A DNA stretch of 64,000 bases from Veleropilina oligotropha (Eukaryota): NCBI GenBank assembly GCA_048128005.1, contig JBEUKZ010000115.1, forward strand, positions 248,001 to 312,000. The letters run 5' to 3'. Made by a program: the position numbers and the translations under genes. Under the pieces are notes generated by a model. That model did not search any database, was not told the DNA's origin, and saw nothing but the letters and a program-made list of their open reading frames with translations. Of the stretch, positions 59,060 to 64,000 are shown piece by piece (the stretch's first letter is position 1; the number at the start of each line of letters is the position of its first letter).

Positions 59060-61489
59060 CAGAAATGTATAGCACAATTCACTGGACAGTCGTGATGTTG
59101 CTATCATATAAACAAACACAAATACGAAACGAGCGACAAATGTTAATACTGCAGTAAACATGTTGTCAAATGATACATGATCATGTGTATCATTACATGT
59201 CAAATGCCAATAATAATTCATTATTTAAATGCAGCTAAGGTGGCTAAGCATAATGTCGTGGTGTTAAATGCAGTGAAATTTATAATTATCATAATTTGAA
59301 AATCATATTTTATCTGTATTTTCAAATACAAGTAAAATAAAGAACTTTGGAAAACAATTAATGATATTGATATTATTTCAAAATATTTATTTATGAAATG
59401 TAGTCATTTTCATTGATTTGCTCTTGGATTGGTGAAGGGATTTCGCTCATCCATGTGATGAAGACAGGAAGATCAGAGGTCGAAACTTTCAGGGATGGAA
59501 TGTTTCAGTATCCATTATATATTTTCCTTTAATGGGCAAATTAAGAACCATGTTGTTAAAATGAAAAGTGCTCAAGGAAACTTCATAAATAGTGTATTAA
59601 AATGAATCGAGCACCCAATGACGGAATTTTTACAAAGCTGTAATGTGCGTGTATCAAAATGTTATCCAGGGTGTGAAAATTATTATCAGTTTGTCTAATA
59701 ATAGAACGAAAGACTTGACAGTTCGATTAGTGTAAAAATATCAACACCTGCCGGGTGATAGTAAGTGTATTCGGTGCAAGATGTTTTTTCCATTCAAGAT
59801 TGTTAACCAATGGCAGAAGTTCCTAGCTTTACAATTCTAAAATAGCACTGGTTGGGCTACCATGTAAAGGATTTTTTCGGGTTTCCACTCTAACGCAATC
59901 AATGTATAATGTATCCGATGTCCCTGTGAGTGCCGGACCGATTCCGACACCCCTGTGAGTGCCGGACCGATTCAGACACCCCTGTAAGGGTCGGACAGGT
60001 TCCAATGCTCCTGTTAAGGTTGGATCGGTTCCGACCCCTGCGAGTGAAAAGCAGATCCTGACGCCTGTGAATGCTGGAAGATTCCGGTGCTCCAGTGAAT
60101 GTATATTGCAACAGTGGTGTATTTAGTTAATAATTGCTAAGTTGTTAACACGTGCGAATAGTAGATGGTTACCAAGTGCAAATCAGTGAATCATGGAATG
60201 TTATCTGTAAAAATATATATATATATACATTGATAGCTAAGTATATAAATATATTTATGTTATATTGGTAACACATTAATCATCGTGTCTGTTTTGAGCC
60301 TTTTTATCGAGACAATCAAGAATTTTTCAGGTCAAGGAAGGTCAATTAAGTTGTCTGTGTATGCAGTTTGCACATGTGCACAAGATCTGATTTTAGCAGA
60401 AAATGGACGCACTTTTAATTTTTTTAGAGTTTTATTGCGTGCTTTATCTACACAGTTTTGTTGTGTATGTGTAGTAGTTCCTAACTACATATGGTAACAG
60501 GAACAATCACAAAGTAAGATTGGTTGGTGTAAAAGTTCAAAATTGGTAGTTAAATTTCCAAACCAACCGATCCTACTTTCTTTGGTTGTTCTTGTTCCAT
60601 AAAGAGGCACATGTATATGCAAATAAGAGCCTTTATTTGATAGAAATGCAAAGAAGAAGTGTTTTCTCTTAGCTACTTATTAAGTACTTAACTAACTGTC
60701 AAGGATATTGGGAGTGCCATGGTATCTCGGCAACAAAGCAGGATTTAACAGTAGCGTGTAAACACATTTAGATTTCATGGGATTGTTAATTAATGCAATG
60801 ACCTTATTGGTCCTGTTAATCCCTCATTACCGGTAGCTTAAACTGTGTATCCTATGTAGGAATGTTCTTGCGCTATAATTTTCATAGTTGGTAGCATATA
60901 CACTCATATTCGCAATTGTATATGAAACAGGAATTGATGTTGAGGGTACCGTCCATGCGTGACAATGACATACCGATCGTACCTGTTTGAGCTGAATAAA
61001 ATCTGACAATACAAGTAGTAATAATGTAAGACTATCTGTGAATAGTTATCATTCTTACTGGGATAAAATCTATATCCTGGTTGGGAACTAGGTCTCTCAA
61101 TGGGTCCATTCACTGGACAATAGCATACTTATACATGAGTATGCTGCCTGGGTGTTATATATTTATTATTATCTGAAAACAATATGACTTTGTCATGTCA
61201 TTGAATGGTGTATTAAATGTACATTTCTTTGATGTTAGTGGGGTATTTTATTCCAGGTATATATTCTCATCAATCATTATTGGTGGTGAATGGTTTTGTA
61301 TTCAGACAAATCATTACATGTATTTCAATACATGCATCACAGAAATGCTAGCAATCTCACTAGTGGATTTTTGGGATCTTTTAAATTACTTGTGTCAATT
61401 TTCACCCGTATGAATTGGCATACTGTCTACTTTGGTAGTCAAATTTATCCATCATAACAAAGTTTAGAAGAGAAGGTCACTTAATATAT

Positions 61490-61720
61490 TTGGTAGCTAT
61501 GTGGTCTCGCGTGCCAACTCTGACTTAGCTGCTCTGACTAACAAGACATTCTAATCTCGATTGGGGGCACTTGGTCAATTACCAATCACAGTTGTCCATA
61601 CCTTGTCGGAGAGGGCGTATTTTCCCGGGCAGCAGCGCTTTCCTCTCGCGATAATATGGACATGTCCTGGTTTGAAGCTGGAGGTTTTAAATTGACAGAA
61701 CATTGACCATCAATCCAATC
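61490..61720 (+). mobile_element. Decayed copy of the SINE family seen at 32761-33021
   Basis: GAGGGCG..TTTCCCGGGC...TTTCCTCTCGCGATAATATGGACATGTCCTG aligns by eye to the minus-strand SINE body; 5' boundary uncertain. Confidence 0.65.
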
Positions 61721-61903
61721 CGCTCATGTCACATAATGCTCGTTATAACATCAATCCAATCCGCTCATGTCACATAATGCTTGTTATAACATCAATCCAA
61801 TCCGCTCATGTCACATAATGCTCGTTATAACATCATCCAATCTGCTCATGTCACATAATGCTCGTTATAACATCATCCAATCTGCTCATGTCACATAATG
61901 CTC
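61708..61903. repeat. 40-41 bp minisatellite
   Basis: About 5 copies of CATCAATCCAATCCGCTCATGTCACATAATGCTCGTTATAA. Confidence 0.9.
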
Positions 61904-62387
61904 ATTACAGCCATAATTTAATAATTTATGCGCCCACTGTTTTGAATTAATTATAACTTTAAGTTGACTTGTTTTTAAGTTGTATCTTGCATTGACAGAT
62001 AACGACAATATCAATAGTAAAATTTTGTCAATTTGCCAAATGGCCGTACAATCGATTGCAATAAATCGCTTTCATTCACCTGCACTTGTCAGATTCACCT
62101 GCCCTTGTCAGATTCACCTGCCCTTGTCAGATTCACAACTAATCATTAATTTGATTGTCAGAACACATATTTTATCATCATCATCATCATCTCTGTAGTC
62201 GGGGTACACCGTGCATTTAATCACGTACACTAAATTTTCCATCCCAGCTATTGCCCTTGTTCCAGGAAAAACTTCTGGAATGCTGCCAGATTTTTTGTTT
62301 ACAAACATACTATTTTAGTCCATATTTTGACTGGCACTGTCCTCAGCATTCGAAATATTATGCCTGCATCTGTGTATAAAATCAAGC

Positions 62388-62717
62388 GTGCCCTAGCTCC
62401 TAAGTGCCCACCGGTCAGTGCCCTAGCTCCTAAGTGCCCACTGGTCAGTGCCCTAGCTAGCTCCTAAGTGCCCACTGGTCAGTGCCCTAGCTCCTAATTA
62501 CCCACCAGTCAGTGCCCTAGCTCCTAAGTGCCCACTGGTCACTGCCCTAGCTCCTAAGTGCCCACCAGTCAGTGCCCTAGCTCCTAAGTGCCCACTGGTC
62601 AGTGCCCTAGCTCCTACGTGCCCACCGGTCAGTGCCCTAGCTCCTAAGTGCCCACTGGTCAGTGCCCTAGCTCCTAAGTGCCCACCGGTCAGTGCCCAAG
62701 CTGCTAAGTGCCCACTG
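62388..62717. repeat. 30-bp minisatellite
   Basis: About 11 copies of GTGCCCTAGCTCCTAAGTGCCCACYGGTCA. Confidence 0.93.
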
Positions 62718-63313
62718 TGGAGTTGATGTGCTCCTCATGTCACTCATATTGCCTTTAATTATTGAAGGTGCAGCAATATCTGTTCTTAAGATCTTTTCAG
62801 AATGATACTACTGTCTCTTGTGCTTGTGAACAAATATTTTCTGAGTTATATATTACCGGTACTTCATTTTGTTTTGAGGCATTATGGACATGCATAAATC
62901 TTATTTTTCTGTAACATGTAATGAATTTTAGATATTTTATTTTAATTTAAACATACCACAAAATAAGTTAGATAACGTGTAGTATAAGAATTTCAAAATT
63001 AGCATTAATCCATGGTGCAGTTGAATATCATATTCCAAAATAAGAAACATGCACTCGTATGCAGATTCCAGAATGCACTCTTGTCTGTGTTTTGACTTGC
63101 AGTAGAGTAAACGTTTGCCATTTATAGACTACAGGGGGAGACACTGGTGGGTCGCTATGCTGAGTAAGATGGCTAGGAATGCATTGAGAAGGTATTTATA
63201 GCGGAGTCTGGTTTCAGATGCTCTCCATGAAAGTGTTTGAAGAAGTATATTTAGACAGACCAGTTTGTGATGATGTCTCTGATGTTGTACTTTATATCTG
63301 GCCAACATACCAT

Positions 63314-63571
63314 CAGGGTTCTGCCCAGAAAATCATGAGTGCCGGGTGGGAAAATAGTAGTGCCGGGTGTTAAATGAAAAAGAGTAAAATGTACACCTAA
63401 GTAGAAAATATGCTTGGAATATTTAAATCGATAACAATACATTCGGCATCTTTTGTTACATTTGCTATATTAAAATGCCCAAATTCAATGTAAAAGCAAA
63501 AAAAAAAAGAAGAGTGCCGGGTGGGGAGTCATGAGTGCCGGGTACATGCGCCCACCGTGGGCAGAACCCTG
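63314..63571. mobile_element. Small hAT-like MITE
   Basis: 13-bp TIR CAGGGTTCTGCCC / GGGCAGAACCCTG and internal AGTGCCGGGT repeats; no clean TSD. Confidence 0.6.
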
Positions 63572-64000
63572 ACCAGTGAACATATCATGAGGAAGACGGA
63601 ATGAACACATATCGCCGCATGCCAGGAACCAGGTCTCAAGAGACTGGTCCATCTTTCCTTTCCATATCCTGATTATCAGGATCCAGATGTGGTACTAGAC
63701 TATCCGAGTCATTTCGCATATTAGACTAGTATTCCAGGACTCCAGAGATTTCAAAGTACATTATGCCACAAAGGTACAATTGTATATGAAATGTGAAATG
63801 CCTTCTTGGTGGATGAGTGGTTAGCGCATCAGACTCTCAACCAAAGCTGTTCGTTTCTGCTGCTTAACGTAATTGACGGCATATCCTTAATGTTTGTCAG
63901 TCAGATTGGAGTGAGACTTTAAATCGGGTGTCCCGACTGCGATACTGGCTGAAAAATTCTGTGGCCATTGCATAAACTTAATTAAATTATAATAATCACT

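Noticed and set aside
58617..59221. Repetitive ORFs on both strands
   Set aside because: Translations of a 31-32 bp minisatellite lacking stop codons.
63808..63960. Possible additional SINE fragment (tRNA-like head, GAGACTTTAAATCGGGTGTCCCG)
   Set aside because: No B box, tail or TSD discernible; too degraded to call.

Overview
Eukaryotic, AT-rich, repeat-dense genomic DNA. It looks like an invertebrate animal, possibly a mollusc or other lophotrochozoan, which is an inference from the repeat types. The only host gene I can support is the middle of a NOC2L/Noc2 (nucleolar complex protein 2) homolog: six + strand GT-AG exons between 27366 and 53345. Most of the remaining sequence is nested transposons in its introns. 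There are four full-length DIRS-type tyrosine-recombinase retrotransposons (3560-11040, 13538-24879, 35963-43294, 45329-52576), each with ITRs, an internal complementary region, gag, RT/RNaseH/MT and YR. Also present are a CR1/L2-group LINE split by DIRS-1, an ISL2EU-like THAP element with TIRs 26 kb apart (492-26451), IS3EU-like, hAT-like, pogo-like and Tc1 elements, SINEs, Helentron-like non-autonomous repeats and minisatellites. The most interesting signals come from comparing the four DIRS copies. (1) A single CCC-TAG-G gag terminus lies in frame with the recombinase ORF and one base from the pol frame, suggesting a three-way recoding site. (2) Non-coding RNA structure with compensatory changes appears in the 5' leader and 3' trailer, including helices that pair the two ends across about 6 kb of coding sequence. 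All comparisons were done by eye; no database search or folding program was run.
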